Positions 49,601 through 59,050 of a stretch of DNA of 64,000 bases are shown in pieces. The stretch is from a virus. Every line of letters starts with the position of its first letter. Position 1 is the stretch's first letter. The translations under genes were made by a program, and so were the position numbers. The DNA lies in the IMG/VR virus record IMGVR_UViG_3300007513_000015, positions 35,127 to 99,126 of that record, one strand, 5' to 3'. A model generated the notes under the pieces. That model saw only the letters and a list, made by a program, of their open reading frames with translations. It was not told the origin of the DNA and made no database searches.

Positions 49601-51748
49601 ATGTCAGTAAATATTGCTTCTAAAAATGTTCTAGCCAAGTTGATGGCTACTGAGAACATTCACGTTGAGCATAGAAAAGTTCAAACTGCTTCGTTTGATG
49701 TGAAAAATCGTGTTCTATCTCTTCCTATGTGGGAAGATATGGATGATTCGATTTATGAGGGATTGATTGGCCACGAAGTTGGCCACGCCCTTTACACACC
49801 ATTTGAAGAGTGGGTGGAGTTTGTAAAAACTAACCCAGGACTTAAAGATTATGCTAATATCATTGAAGATGCTCGAATCGAGCGTAAAATGAAGGTCAAA
49901 TATCCTGGGATGAAAAAAACATTCTTCAGTATGTATGGTCAGTTGAAGAATCGTGATTTTTTCGGAACGAAGGGTCGTGAACTTGATTCTTATGGACTTC
50001 TTGATCGTATCAATATTCACTTCAAACTTGGTGTGATGGCGGAAGTGCCTTTCACGGATGATGAAAAAGTGTTTGTTGGTCGTATTATGAGGGCTGAATC
50101 ATTTGAGGATGTTCTTGCTCTTACCCTTGAGTTGGCTGAAAAGGCTAAGGAAGAACAGGCTGAAATTAACTTTGATAATTTTGATTTTGATGATGAGTCT
50201 GGTGATGAGTCTGAAAGTGAAGAAGAGTCTACTCCACCCCCTCCATCTAGCTCTGGAGACACGGAAGAAGAGTCTGATGAGTCTGAAAGTGAAGAAGAGT
50301 CTGGTGAGTCTGGTGAGTCTGGTGATGAGTCTGGTGATGAGTCTGAAAGTGAAGAATCTCCTCCTGAGTCCGAGACAATGCGGAACTTTGAGGATTCTCT
50401 TTCCCGTCTGAATAATGAAAATGCCAAAGATATCATATATGTTGACTTACCAAATGTTGCGCCTGAGAATGTCATTGTTGGATATAAGGACGTTCTTGGT
50501 GAACTGTCAAATTGGTGGGATAGAGATAGTGCCTGGGGTTATGGGGGTTATGACCGCTGGGGCCAGGGAAGTTTTAGAAAACAATTGAATGAAAACTTTC
50601 GTTCTTGGAAAAAAGATACTCTACCAGTGGTTAATTATCTTGTTAAAGAGTTTGAAATGAAACAGGCCGCTACTGCCCATCGCCGAACTTCTGTTGGCAA
50701 GACTGGAGTTATTGATACTAATAAGCTCCACGCATACAAGATTGATGAGGATATTTTCAAACGTGTTGCTACAGTACGTGATGGACGTAACCACGGACTT
50801 GTTATGTATATTGATTGGTCTGTATCAATGTCAGATAAGATTGTTGATACAATCAAGCAAGCCTTGACTCTGGTGATGTTTGCTCGAAAAGTCGGCATTC
50901 CATTTCGTGTCTATTCATTCACCAATTCAAAATCTACTTTTAATAAAACTACTTCTAAATCTATGTTTAAAAAATCAAATCAAACATCTTCGAAAGTCCT
51001 TGATTTGGGTAAAGTTGCTTTCCACGAGTTCTTTAATGATCGAATGAGTGGTCGTGAATTTAATAAACAAATTGAAAATATGTTCTATTTAGGCAAATCA
51101 CTGGTTTCTTATGGCGAGCCGATCTGTCCTGATGGATTCTCTCTTGGATCAACCCCTTTGAATGAAGCAATCATTGCTTCATATGATATGGTTGCTGATT
51201 TCAAGCGTACTACAGGTAAGGAAAAAATTAATGTGATTTTCTTGACTGATGGCGGCACTGATGGAAACACTGGATATCTGGACTGTACGGAGGATGATTT
51301 AGCTAGAAAATATATCTCATATGGTGAGAAAATGATGCTTCGAGATCCAGTTACCAAGAAAATCATCTGTAAAGAACGATACAATATGACTCACGGATTG
51401 TTGAGTGGTCTTGGTAGTCGCTGTGGAGTTAATGTGATTGGATTCCATATCACCAGTACCAAACACATTCGTAACAATATTGAATACACCTATTCTTGGG
51501 AAGAAGTTGCAAACAAGAAAAAATTCTTGACCAAGAATGGTTATGTTGGAATTCAAGAGGCTGGATATGATACCTACTTTCTGATTAATTCCAAATGTCT
51601 TGATAAGGAAGCCGAGTTTGTAGAGCCTGGTCGTAAGGATGATGGTTCAATTAACAAGGGCAAACTTCGTACTCAATTCCGCAAGTTCACAAAAGCCCGT
51701 AAGGTCAATAAAATGATGTTGAATGAGTTTGTTGCCTTGGTTGCCTAA
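49601..51748 (+). CDS. Metallopeptidase-motif + vWA domain protein (CobT-like partner of the AAA ATPase)
   Basis: LAKLMATENI, HEVGHAL (HExxH), EDARIE, acidic linker, DWSVSM MIDAS-like, TPLNE, LTDG. Confidence 0.85.
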   Translation: MSVNIASKNVLAKLMATENIHVEHRKVQTASFDVKNRVLSLPMWEDMDDSIYEGLIGHEVGHALYTPFEEWVEFVKTNPGLKDYANIIEDARIERKMKVKYPGMKKTFFSMYGQLKNRDFFGTKGRELDSYGLLDRINIHFKLGVMAEVPFTDDEKVFVGRIMRAESFEDVLALTLELAEKAKEEQAEINFDNFDFDDESGDESESEEESTPPPPSSSGDTEEESDESESEEESGESGESGDESGDESESEESPPESETMRNFEDSLSRLNNENAKDIIYVDLPNVAPENVIVGYKDVLGELSNWWDRDSAWGYGGYDRWGQGSFRKQLNENFRSWKKDTLPVVNYLVKEFEMKQAATAHRRTSVGKTGVIDTNKLHAYKIDEDIFKRVATVRDGRNHGLVMYIDWSVSMSDKIVDTIKQALTLVMFARKVGIPFRVYSFTNSKSTFNKTTSKSMFKKSNQTSSKVLDLGKVAFHEFFNDRMSGREFNKQIENMFYLGKSLVSYGEPICPDGFSLGSTPLNEAIIASYDMVADFKRTTGKEKINVIFLTDGGTDGNTGYLDCTEDDLARKYISYGEKMMLRDPVTKKIICKERYNMTHGLLSGLGSRCGVNVIGFHITSTKHIRNNIEYTYSWEEVANKKKFLTKNGYVGIQEAGYDTYFLINSKCLDKEAEFVEPGRKDDGSINKGKLRTQFRKFTKARKVNKMMLNEFVALVA
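50190..50357 (+). repeat. Low-complexity GAGTCTGGT / GATGAGTCTGAAAGTGAAGAA repeats encoding an acidic ES(G) linker
   Basis: Repeats read directly; protein DESGDESESEEE repeated. Confidence 0.8.
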
Positions 51749-51780
51749 AGTAAAAAGTTGAAAAAAAGTCACCAAAAGTG

Positions 51781-51823
51781 TTGACACTGCCTTGAATCCG
51801 TGTATAATATGTATTGTTGATTG
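51781..51823 (+). promoter_or_regulatory. Early promoter, copy 2 of the identical 43-bp element
   Basis: Identical to 49540-49582. Confidence 0.85.
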
Positions 51824-51855
51824 TGAAAATTTGTTGATAAAACGGAGAAAATATT

Positions 51856-53058
51856 ATGAGTAAAAAACGTATTTCAGTTAATGAGTTTGCTGCCGCTTCG
51901 AAGGAAATGTTCGGCACACTTGACATCACTAAAGCTCAAATGAGTGCCATTTCTGAGACATATGGGGTGTTCATCCCGTCTGATGTTAAATATTCAGAAA
52001 AGATTGCAAGGGGTGTTCATCGAATCCCTGCTACTGAGGATGCGGTCACGCCTGCCAAATCAGAGAATACTACTACTGTTCCTAATAAATCTGATATTCA
52101 TACACCAGCGCCCGCACCCACCACTTCTGTGAGTGGAACTTCTGCGGCATCACTTGATTCTACTATTTCATTTATTCCTAAGACTGACCCATCGTTTGTT
52201 TCTTGGGGAAATATCACTGACTTGAAAAAGATCCTCAAGTCTCGCCTGTTCTTTCCTGTTTATCTAACTGGTATGAGTGGTAATGGTAAGACATTTGGAA
52301 TTGAACAAACTTGTGCTTCACTTGGACGTGAAATGATTCGAGTGAATTTCACTGCTGAAACAGATGAGGATGATTTGTTTGGTGGATTCCGCCTTGTGAA
52401 TGGTGAGACTGTTTTCCAGTACGGACCAGTTGTTGAGGCTATGAAGCGTGGTGCTGTTCTTCTGCTTGATGAAGTTGATCTTGCATCATCCAAGGTGATG
52501 GCTCTACAGTCTGTTCTTGAAGGTAAGGGGTACTTCATCAAAAAACGTGCTGAATGGGTTGAGCCTTCACCTGGATTTACAGTGATTGCTACTGCTAATA
52601 CCAAGGGCAAGGGATCGGATGATGGACGTTTTGTCGGTACTAATGTTATGAATGAGGCGTTCTTGGATCGCTTTTCAATCACAATGTATCAGCCTTACCC
52701 ATCTGAGGCAATTGAGAAAAAGATTTTAACTAAGGCGGCCGAGGGTTTTGGACTTCGCTCTGCCGAAGTCGATGCTTTCATTCCAAACCTAACAATGTGG
52801 GGAGATATCATCCGTAAGACATTTGAAGAGGGTGGGGTTGATGAGATTGTTTCGACTCGCCGACTTGTTGATATCTTGAAGAGTTATTCAATCTTCCAAG
52901 ATAAGGGTAAAGCAATCAAGATGGCTATTGAGCGTTTTGATGATGAAACCCGTGAGTCGTTTATGAGTCTTTATGAGAAGATTGATGCTGGAGTTGGAAA
53001 TGAGCAGTATGGCTCTTCTATTGAGGAGTCAGCCACCCAAAATGTTTCTAACTTCTAA
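51856..53058 (+). CDS. MoxR/CobS-like AAA+ ATPase
   Basis: GMSGNGKT, ETDEDDL, LLLDEVD, TANTKGKGS, NEAFLDRF, STRRL. Confidence 0.9.
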   Translation: MSKKRISVNEFAAASKEMFGTLDITKAQMSAISETYGVFIPSDVKYSEKIARGVHRIPATEDAVTPAKSENTTTVPNKSDIHTPAPAPTTSVSGTSAASLDSTISFIPKTDPSFVSWGNITDLKKILKSRLFFPVYLTGMSGNGKTFGIEQTCASLGREMIRVNFTAETDEDDLFGGFRLVNGETVFQYGPVVEAMKRGAVLLLDEVDLASSKVMALQSVLEGKGYFIKKRAEWVEPSPGFTVIATANTKGKGSDDGRFVGTNVMNEAFLDRFSITMYQPYPSEAIEKKILTKAAEGFGLRSAEVDAFIPNLTMWGDIIRKTFEEGGVDEIVSTRRLVDILKSYSIFQDKGKAIKMAIERFDDETRESFMSLYEKIDAGVGNEQYGSSIEESATQNVSNF

Positions 53059-53098
53059 TGAATACTCCGTGGGGTAGTTGACCCCTCAATCAACGCTT

Positions 53099-53126
53099 CC
53101 TCACCTCTCCGGGGGTGAGGTTTTTT
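53099..53126 (+). terminator. Rho-independent terminator
   Basis: CCTCACC...GGTGAGG followed by TTTTTT. Confidence 0.8.
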
Positions 53127-53146
53127 AACATATAGGAGACCTGATA

Positions 53147-53461
53147 ATGTGTGGTGTTTTAGAATTTGATTGGAAATATGGTGAAGGTGATGTACTGTCC
53201 GAATTGGCAGAATATCTAAAGGGAACTTATGGAGCCCACTACACCAACGAAAATAACGATGTGCAGACTCTTGATGTGTTTGCTTCCAGAGGCACTCTGG
53301 CATCAACCTCCATTGATAATGCTATTAAGTATCTAATGAGGTATGGTAAGAAGAATGGTAAGAATAAGATGGACTTGACAAAAGCCCTTCATTATGTTAT
53401 ACTGGCTCTAGCATATGAAGAAAAAACAAATCAGTTTGAAACTGATACGATTTACGAATAA
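53147..53461 (+). CDS. DUF3310-like conserved phage protein
   Basis: TYGAHY, NAIKYLMRYGKKNG..MDLTKALHY. Confidence 0.7.
   Translation: MCGVLEFDWKYGEGDVLSELAEYLKGTYGAHYTNENNDVQTLDVFASRGTLASTSIDNAIKYLMRYGKKNGKNKMDLTKALHYVILALAYEEKTNQFETDTIYE
53375..53403 (+). promoter_or_regulatory. Intragenic sigma70-type promoter upstream of gp45
   Basis: TTGACA-17-TATACT. Confidence 0.6.
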
Positions 53462-53470
53462 GGAGAAAAT

Positions 53471-54130
53471 ATGAAGTTAAGTGAAAATACGATTGACGTT
53501 CTAAAGAATTTTGCGACTATCAATCAATCTATCCTCTTCACCGAGGGTAGTGAATTGAATACTATGAGTGTTCAAAAGAACCTATTGGGTTCTGCTACTG
53601 TAAAGGAGACCTTTCCTAAAGAAGTTGCTATCTATGATTTGAATGAGTTCCTTTCAACTGTATCATTGTTTGATGATCCTGATTTGGAGTTTGGTGACAA
53701 ATCGGTCACTATCACGGATGGCAATTCCAGCACCACATATTGGTTTGCTGATAAGGAAATCATCGTATATCCTACATCGAAGATTGAAATGCCTGAGACC
53801 GAGGTAGACTTCACCCTAACATCTGATGTGTTAGATAAACTCAAGAGGGCGACTGGCACACTATCTGTTCCTGATATGGTTATCAGAAACGAAGATGGTA
53901 AGATTATGGCAGAGGTGCTAGATAAACGTAATGATACAACCAACACATATTCGATTGAGGTAGGAGATTATGATGGTGATGCTAACTTCCGCTTCTACTT
54001 CCTAACAGAGCGTTTGAAGATGCTCCAGAATGACTATGTTGTTAATATCAGTTCTAAGAATATTTCCAAATTCACCTCTGGTGACTTGACTTACTGGATT
54101 GCATTAGAGCAGGATTCATCATATGAGTAA
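53471..54130 (+). CDS. gp45: Sliding clamp gp45
   Basis: MKLSENT..LKNFATINQSI, IYDLNEFL, YWIALE. Confidence 0.95.
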   Translation: MKLSENTIDVLKNFATINQSILFTEGSELNTMSVQKNLLGSATVKETFPKEVAIYDLNEFLSTVSLFDDPDLEFGDKSVTITDGNSSTTYWFADKEIIVYPTSKIEMPETEVDFTLTSDVLDKLKRATGTLSVPDMVIRNEDGKIMAEVLDKRNDTTNTYSIEVGDYDGDANFRFYFLTERLKMLQNDYVVNISSKNISKFTSGDLTYWIALEQDSSYE

Positions 54131-55067
54131 AGAAGAGTTTCTATGGGTTGAGAAGTATCGCCCACAGAAGATTGAGGAGTGTATCTTACCAGACTCATTA
54201 AGAGATACTTTTGATGAGTTTATTGAAAATGGTGATATGCCGAATCTTCTGTTGAGTGGTACAGCAGGAACAGGTAAGACTACAGTAGCAAAAGCATTGT
54301 GTAACGAACTAGGTTACACAACCTTACTGATTAATGGTTCTCTTGATAGGAATCTTGATACTCTGAGAAACGAAGTGGCACAGTTCGCCTCCACAGTCTC
54401 CTTTGACGGAGGCAAGAAGTGTGTTATATTAGATGAAGCTGATTACCTCAATCCACAATCGTTCCAGCCCGCTCTGAGGGGGTTTATAGAGCAGTTTTCC
54501 AAGAATGTTAGGTTCATCTTGACTTGTAACTATAAAGACAAGATTATTGAGCCTATCCACTCTAGGACTACATATATCGACTTCCGAACTGGTAAAAAGG
54601 ATATACCAGTGCTGATGGGTGCGTTTATGAATCGCATTATAGATATACTTGATAAAGAGAATATCAATGTAGATTCTAAGCCTGCCTTAGCAGAACTGAT
54701 TAAGAGACATTATCCTGATATGCGTAGAACTCTGAATGAACTCCAGAGATATGCCGCAGGTGGAGTCGTGGATAAAGGTATTCTTGCTAAAGTTGGTGAG
54801 ACTGATATTGATGGTTTGATGAACCATCTAAAGGATAAGAACTTCTCTGATATGAGACAATGGGTGGTAGATAATATTGATGCTGATCCAGTTCGTATTT
54901 TCAGACAAGTATATGATAATATGTATAAGTATTTAGCACCACAGAGTATCCCTCAAGTGGTACTATTAATAGCCGACTATCAGTATAAACAAGCATTCGT
55001 TCAGGATGGTGAGATTAATCTGGTAGCATTTTTAACCGAAGTAATGGTGGAAGCAGAATGGAAGTAA
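54123..55067 (+). CDS. gp44: Clamp loader large subunit gp44
   Basis: WVEKYRP, GTGKTT, DEAD, HSR, PDMRR. Confidence 0.96.
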   Translation: MSKEEFLWVEKYRPQKIEECILPDSLRDTFDEFIENGDMPNLLLSGTAGTGKTTVAKALCNELGYTTLLINGSLDRNLDTLRNEVAQFASTVSFDGGKKCVILDEADYLNPQSFQPALRGFIEQFSKNVRFILTCNYKDKIIEPIHSRTTYIDFRTGKKDIPVLMGAFMNRIIDILDKENINVDSKPALAELIKRHYPDMRRTLNELQRYAAGGVVDKGILAKVGETDIDGLMNHLKDKNFSDMRQWVVDNIDADPVRIFRQVYDNMYKYLAPQSIPQVVLLIADYQYKQAFVQDGEINLVAFLTEVMVEAEWK

Positions 55068-55354
55068 GCGAAAAAATTGATAAGTGGTTTGATGATCGTG
55101 GAATCACTGAGAATGGCAAAGCAATGGGTCAAGCGATTAAGACACTAGAAGAGACTACAGAACTCTTGGATGCGATTAATCATAATGACCGTGATGATAT
55201 TATGGATGCTATTGGTGATATCTATGTGACGATTCGTGGTGTATGTAAAGTATCTGATTTTTCATTTGACGAATGTGCTGAAAAAGCGTATAATGAGATT
55301 AAAGATCGCACTGGTTATCTAACATCTGAGGGTGTATTTGTGAAGGATAAATAA
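55058..55354 (+). CDS. MazG-like NTP pyrophosphohydrolase
   Basis: KTLEETTEL...DAIGD...AYNEIKDRTG...GVFVK. Confidence 0.8.
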   Translation: MEVSEKIDKWFDDRGITENGKAMGQAIKTLEETTELLDAINHNDRDDIMDAIGDIYVTIRGVCKVSDFSFDECAEKAYNEIKDRTGYLTSEGVFVKDK

Positions 55355-55355
55355 T

Positions 55356-55667
55356 ATGAAAACCGTGAGTGAGAAGGCGGCCAGAGAGTTGGTCAAGAAA
55401 CATAAAGATGTTGTGATTGTTCATACGAAAAAGACTTGTCCAGTGTGTGAGTATTTTGTGCCTGAAGTGTTGCTTCCCATCTTCGGAGATGAGAAGTATA
55501 AACACGTTAAGGTATATGAAATTACGGAAGATATGACTTTCCCCGTTGGCTCCCACCCTGTAACATACTTCTTTAAGAATGGAAAATGTGTGCATCATCC
55601 TTCTGGTTCAGCACCAGAGAAAGCAGTTAGAGATTTAATGGATACATTCTATGGCAGACCTGTTTAA
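55356..55667 (+). CDS. Thioredoxin-fold protein (CPVC)
   Basis: TCPVC, cis-Pro loop (HPV..FFKNG). Confidence 0.7.
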   Translation: MKTVSEKAARELVKKHKDVVIVHTKKTCPVCEYFVPEVLLPIFGDEKYKHVKVYEITEDMTFPVGSHPVTYFFKNGKCVHHPSGSAPEKAVRDLMDTFYGRPV

Positions 55668-56073
55668 AGAGATACTACCAGACATCAACTTCGGCCATAA
55701 GAACCTGATTCGCCAAGGAGATATGGACGAGGCAGAATATGGCCGAAGTTGTTTTATGATTAATCGTGCTTTAAGTATGAATAGTGATACCATTCTATAT
55801 GTAAATGATATGAATGAGCATTATCAATTGGACCCGATGTTACAATATGATTATTATATAAATAGTCTAAGGAAGAAAAAGAGGTGGTCAAAATGGGCTA
55901 AAGCGTCCAAAGCAACCTCTAATCTCGAATTAGTTAAAGACTATTATAATTATAATGAACAGCGGGCCAGGGAAGTTTTAGAACTACTGCCCGAAGAGCA
56001 TATTGAGTATATTCGCTCAAAGATGCAAAGGGGTGGTAATAATGCAATTTCAAAACAGGTATCACAAAAATGA
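55651..56073 (+). CDS. gp62: Clamp loader small subunit gp62
   Basis: FMINRALS, QYDYYINSLRKKKRWSKW, VKDYYNY. Confidence 0.9.
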   Translation: MADLFKEILPDINFGHKNLIRQGDMDEAEYGRSCFMINRALSMNSDTILYVNDMNEHYQLDPMLQYDYYINSLRKKKRWSKWAKASKATSNLELVKDYYNYNEQRAREVLELLPEEHIEYIRSKMQRGGNNAISKQVSQK

Positions 56074-56470
56074 AGATGTGATGTGGACGCCTGCCGATAT
56101 GGTAGAGATTCGTTTTCGTGAATATGATGATTTTTTGAAAATTAAAGAAACACTCACAAGAATGGGTGTAGCGTCCAACAGAGATAAAATACTTTATCAA
56201 TCAGCACATATACTCCATAAGCAAGGTAGATATTATATTGTCCATTTTAAAGAGTTATTTGCTTTAGATGGTAAAAATACAAACATATCTGATGTCGATA
56301 TAGAGAGAAGAAACGCAATCATAAAATTACTACAGGAATGGAATTTGTTGAATGTTCTTGATGAAACTCAACTTGAACCTATGGGTAATGTTGGACAGTT
56401 TAAGATTATATCCTATAAGGAAAAAAACAATTGGGAATTAGTTCCTAAATACAATATAGGTGTAAAATAA
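56042..56470 (+). CDS. regA: Translational repressor RegA (start uncertain: 56042 or 56081)
   Basis: DFLKIKETLTRMGVA, LYQSAHILHKQGRYYIVHFKELF, WELVPKYNIG. Confidence 0.95.
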   Translation: MQFQNRYHKNEDVMWTPADMVEIRFREYDDFLKIKETLTRMGVASNRDKILYQSAHILHKQGRYYIVHFKELFALDGKNTNISDVDIERRNAIIKLLQEWNLLNVLDETQLEPMGNVGQFKIISYKEKNNWELVPKYNIGVK

Positions 56471-56492
56471 TAAAAAGTTTGGAGTTTATATA

Positions 56493-57836
56493 ATGAGTAA
56501 GAAGTTTGAGAAGATTTGGTCGCTCCCTCACAACGACATATTGAAATGCGTGATGGATGGTCCTGACAATTTTTTAAGATACGATACCACTGACCAAGAC
56601 GATGAGACTTTTTTCTATAATGTAATTGCCAACGCAGACCAATCATACAGAGATGAAATAGACGATATATATTTTGCCAAAGATTTCCATTATAAATTCG
56701 CAGGCACTAATAGGCGATATGGAGATGTTATGGGCAAGAATGCCACTGACTACCAGATAGATAAACTATTCGAGATACAGGAGAAGTGGGGAATCCCCGC
56801 ATCACTGACTCTTAATCAAGAAACACATCCTACCGAAATCATAATAGACCCAGATATCAGAAAACAATTTGTCAATTTTATTGGCGAGTTTTATGAGCGT
56901 GGTCTAAGAGTTTGTACCATCAGTAATATACACTTGATGGGAACTGGAATTCTCCAGAAGAACTTTCCCGAAATGAATTGGAAAAATACTGTTAATCATA
57001 TTGTAGGGAATGCCCAACAAATGGTTGACCTACACGTCCTTGGTTACAACTACATCCAACTTGATAGACAACTTAATAGGAATATATCTCAATTGAGACG
57101 TGTATCCAGAGTGGCAAAAGAGAGGGAAATTAAAACCTTTCTCTTAGCATCCGAAGGGTGTATGCCTTTTTGTCCATTCAAAGAAGAACACGATACAGTA
57201 CAACCGTGGATTGGCTCGAATCAGGGCAAAAGTTATTTTGGTACTCTGAATGCGATATCCTGTAACAAATGGCGATTCCCAGAAAGATGGGGTCAACCTC
57301 CTCGAATTGGTACGTCTTGTGTCTGGGACACTAATGCACGATTTGATATGTATAATGAGTTGGTCGATGTTTTCAAATTATCTGGACGATTGATAAAAGG
57401 ACTACAGGGTGCTTCAGAATCATCACGAGGTGTTTGGTCATATATCGATAAGAAGGCCGATAAGATTTTCATTGCCAAAAACTTTGAAGATGTATATAAT
57501 AATGGTCAAGGATTTTTGAGCAATTGGAATGGACTGGGATATGTTACTATAGACCCTTCCCAAGAACACGACTATTTCCTAGGTTATCCCGGAGTTGGTG
57601 AAAGGTGCAAAGAATATTTCGATTCAATAGACCATCCTTATAAAACCGAGGCGGGGGAGAAAATGTGTAAAGCCCTTCCTAATTGTAAGAACCAGTGTTA
57701 TGATTGTCATTTATGTGAAGATGCCTACGGCTATGACCATTTCGATTCATTAGCACAGGTTAATAGAACAGAAAATTCTGATTATACGAGAGAAAATCTA
57801 AAGAATATTTCAGAGAAAAGCAAAATTGGAATTTAG
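56493..57836 (+). CDS. U32-family-like Cys-rich (putative Fe-S) protein
   Basis: LDRQLNRN, ASEGCMPFCPF..EH, VFKLSGR, C-terminal CKNQCYDCHLC. Confidence 0.6.
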   Translation: MSKKFEKIWSLPHNDILKCVMDGPDNFLRYDTTDQDDETFFYNVIANADQSYRDEIDDIYFAKDFHYKFAGTNRRYGDVMGKNATDYQIDKLFEIQEKWGIPASLTLNQETHPTEIIIDPDIRKQFVNFIGEFYERGLRVCTISNIHLMGTGILQKNFPEMNWKNTVNHIVGNAQQMVDLHVLGYNYIQLDRQLNRNISQLRRVSRVAKEREIKTFLLASEGCMPFCPFKEEHDTVQPWIGSNQGKSYFGTLNAISCNKWRFPERWGQPPRIGTSCVWDTNARFDMYNELVDVFKLSGRLIKGLQGASESSRGVWSYIDKKADKIFIAKNFEDVYNNGQGFLSNWNGLGYVTIDPSQEHDYFLGYPGVGERCKEYFDSIDHPYKTEAGEKMCKALPNCKNQCYDCHLCEDAYGYDHFDSLAQVNRTENSDYTRENLKNISEKSKIGI

Positions 57837-57862
57837 TTCCTAAATATAATATAGGATCACGA

Positions 57863-57870
57863 TATAAATA
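57863..57870 (+). promoter_or_regulatory. Late promoter TATAAATA
   Basis: Exact consensus upstream of 57913. Confidence 0.65.
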
Positions 57871-57912
57871 ACACATAAATAATAGACAATTCTAATATAA
57901 GGAATAGTCTCT

Positions 57913-58308
57913 ATGCAATGTGAAACAAGTAAGTGGTGTGGTTGGTTAACAGCAATATCACAAGTAGCAGTAGCAACAGTTATTGTGTTTGCTGGTTTAG
58001 TTGTTAATACTCATATGGAGTCTTGGACAAAATCATTTGAACGTGGCGCAGATGATTTACATTCTATTAGAGAAAATATGAATTCAATAGCATATTCGAT
58101 GGAGTCAATCAATCAAGATATGGAGGATATTAAGACTCGAATGGAAGTGATGGCAAATATTGGTCACGATATGAATACGAATGTTGCCGCTATTGAGCAA
58201 GATATTACAATACTAAATAACCAGATAAATACAATGAATTATAGTGTTGGTGGAATACAAAGAAGATTCAGCCCTAATGGGATGATGAGAAGTTTTATGC
58301 CTTTTTAG
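57913..58308 (+). CDS. Membrane-anchored Met-rich coiled-coil protein
   Basis: N-terminal TM followed by M/I heptads. Confidence 0.65.
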   Translation: MQCETSKWCGWLTAISQVAVATVIVFAGLVVNTHMESWTKSFERGADDLHSIRENMNSIAYSMESINQDMEDIKTRMEVMANIGHDMNTNVAAIEQDITILNNQINTMNYSVGGIQRRFSPNGMMRSFMPF

Positions 58309-58317
58309 GAGATAGAT

Positions 58318-59025
58318 ATGGCAGATTCAGAACAAGGTGAAATTGAAATTGAAGATTTTGATTGGGGATTCTCATTTTCAGATACAGATGATGGAGATTT
58401 AACCAGTGTAGTTCAACAGACTACAGAACAAGTATCAGCCGACCTTGGGCCGATTATTAAAAAGTTGGATGCTATTATCGCTCTAATTCCTTCTGATGGA
58501 ATTGAGAATTCGGAAACAGTAGATGTTGATTTGAGTGGTCTTGATAACAAACTAGACCAGATTTTAGCGTTGGAAAAGGTTGATGCCTTGACTGCTGGTG
58601 ATATGCCAGATATGACGCCAATCGAAGAAAAGTTGGATGAGATATTAGCGAAAGATACAACCGTTAATGCTCCAGAAGTTAATGTTGATTTAACATCAAT
58701 CACAGAGAAACTTGAAACGATTGAAACACAAGTAGGAGAAGTGCGTGATTTGGATTTTGACGGAAATAGTAGCGTTGATTTTGGGGATGTTAATAACAAT
58801 CTTGCTGATCTCTTGGCGCGACAAGAAACAGTTGAAGAGGAACTTGAGTTAAAGAAGCAAGAATTTGAAGATTTCAAGAGCAAGAAGTTAAAGGCACTCG
58901 AAAAGTTAATTGTACCTCTGTTGAAGAACTTGAAGAGTAATCCTGACAAAGCATATATTCACTGGCCAAATCGTTCTGGTGTAATCGATGCTCAAATTAG
59001 TAAAATATTGAGTATTACAAGATAA
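58318..59025 (+). CDS. Acidic hypothetical protein with DLxxIxxKLDxI repeats
   Basis: GGAGA RBS; DFDWGFS N-terminus; PLLKNLKSNPDKAYIHWPNR C-terminus. Confidence 0.7.
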   Translation: MADSEQGEIEIEDFDWGFSFSDTDDGDLTSVVQQTTEQVSADLGPIIKKLDAIIALIPSDGIENSETVDVDLSGLDNKLDQILALEKVDALTAGDMPDMTPIEEKLDEILAKDTTVNAPEVNVDLTSITEKLETIETQVGEVRDLDFDGNSSVDFGDVNNNLADLLARQETVEEELELKKQEFEDFKSKKLKALEKLIVPLLKNLKSNPDKAYIHWPNRSGVIDAQISKILSITR

Positions 59026-59050
59026 TTAATAAACAATAGGAATTTATATT

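Noticed and set aside
51856-53058. Cobalamin biosynthesis (cobS) auxiliary metabolic gene
   Set aside because: It is a generic MoxR-type AAA paired with a vWA protein, common in T4-like phages; no cobalamin genes are nearby
55857-55864. TATAAATA inside gp62
   Set aside because: It coincides with the YINSLR coding sequence and regA is normally an early gene, so it may be chance
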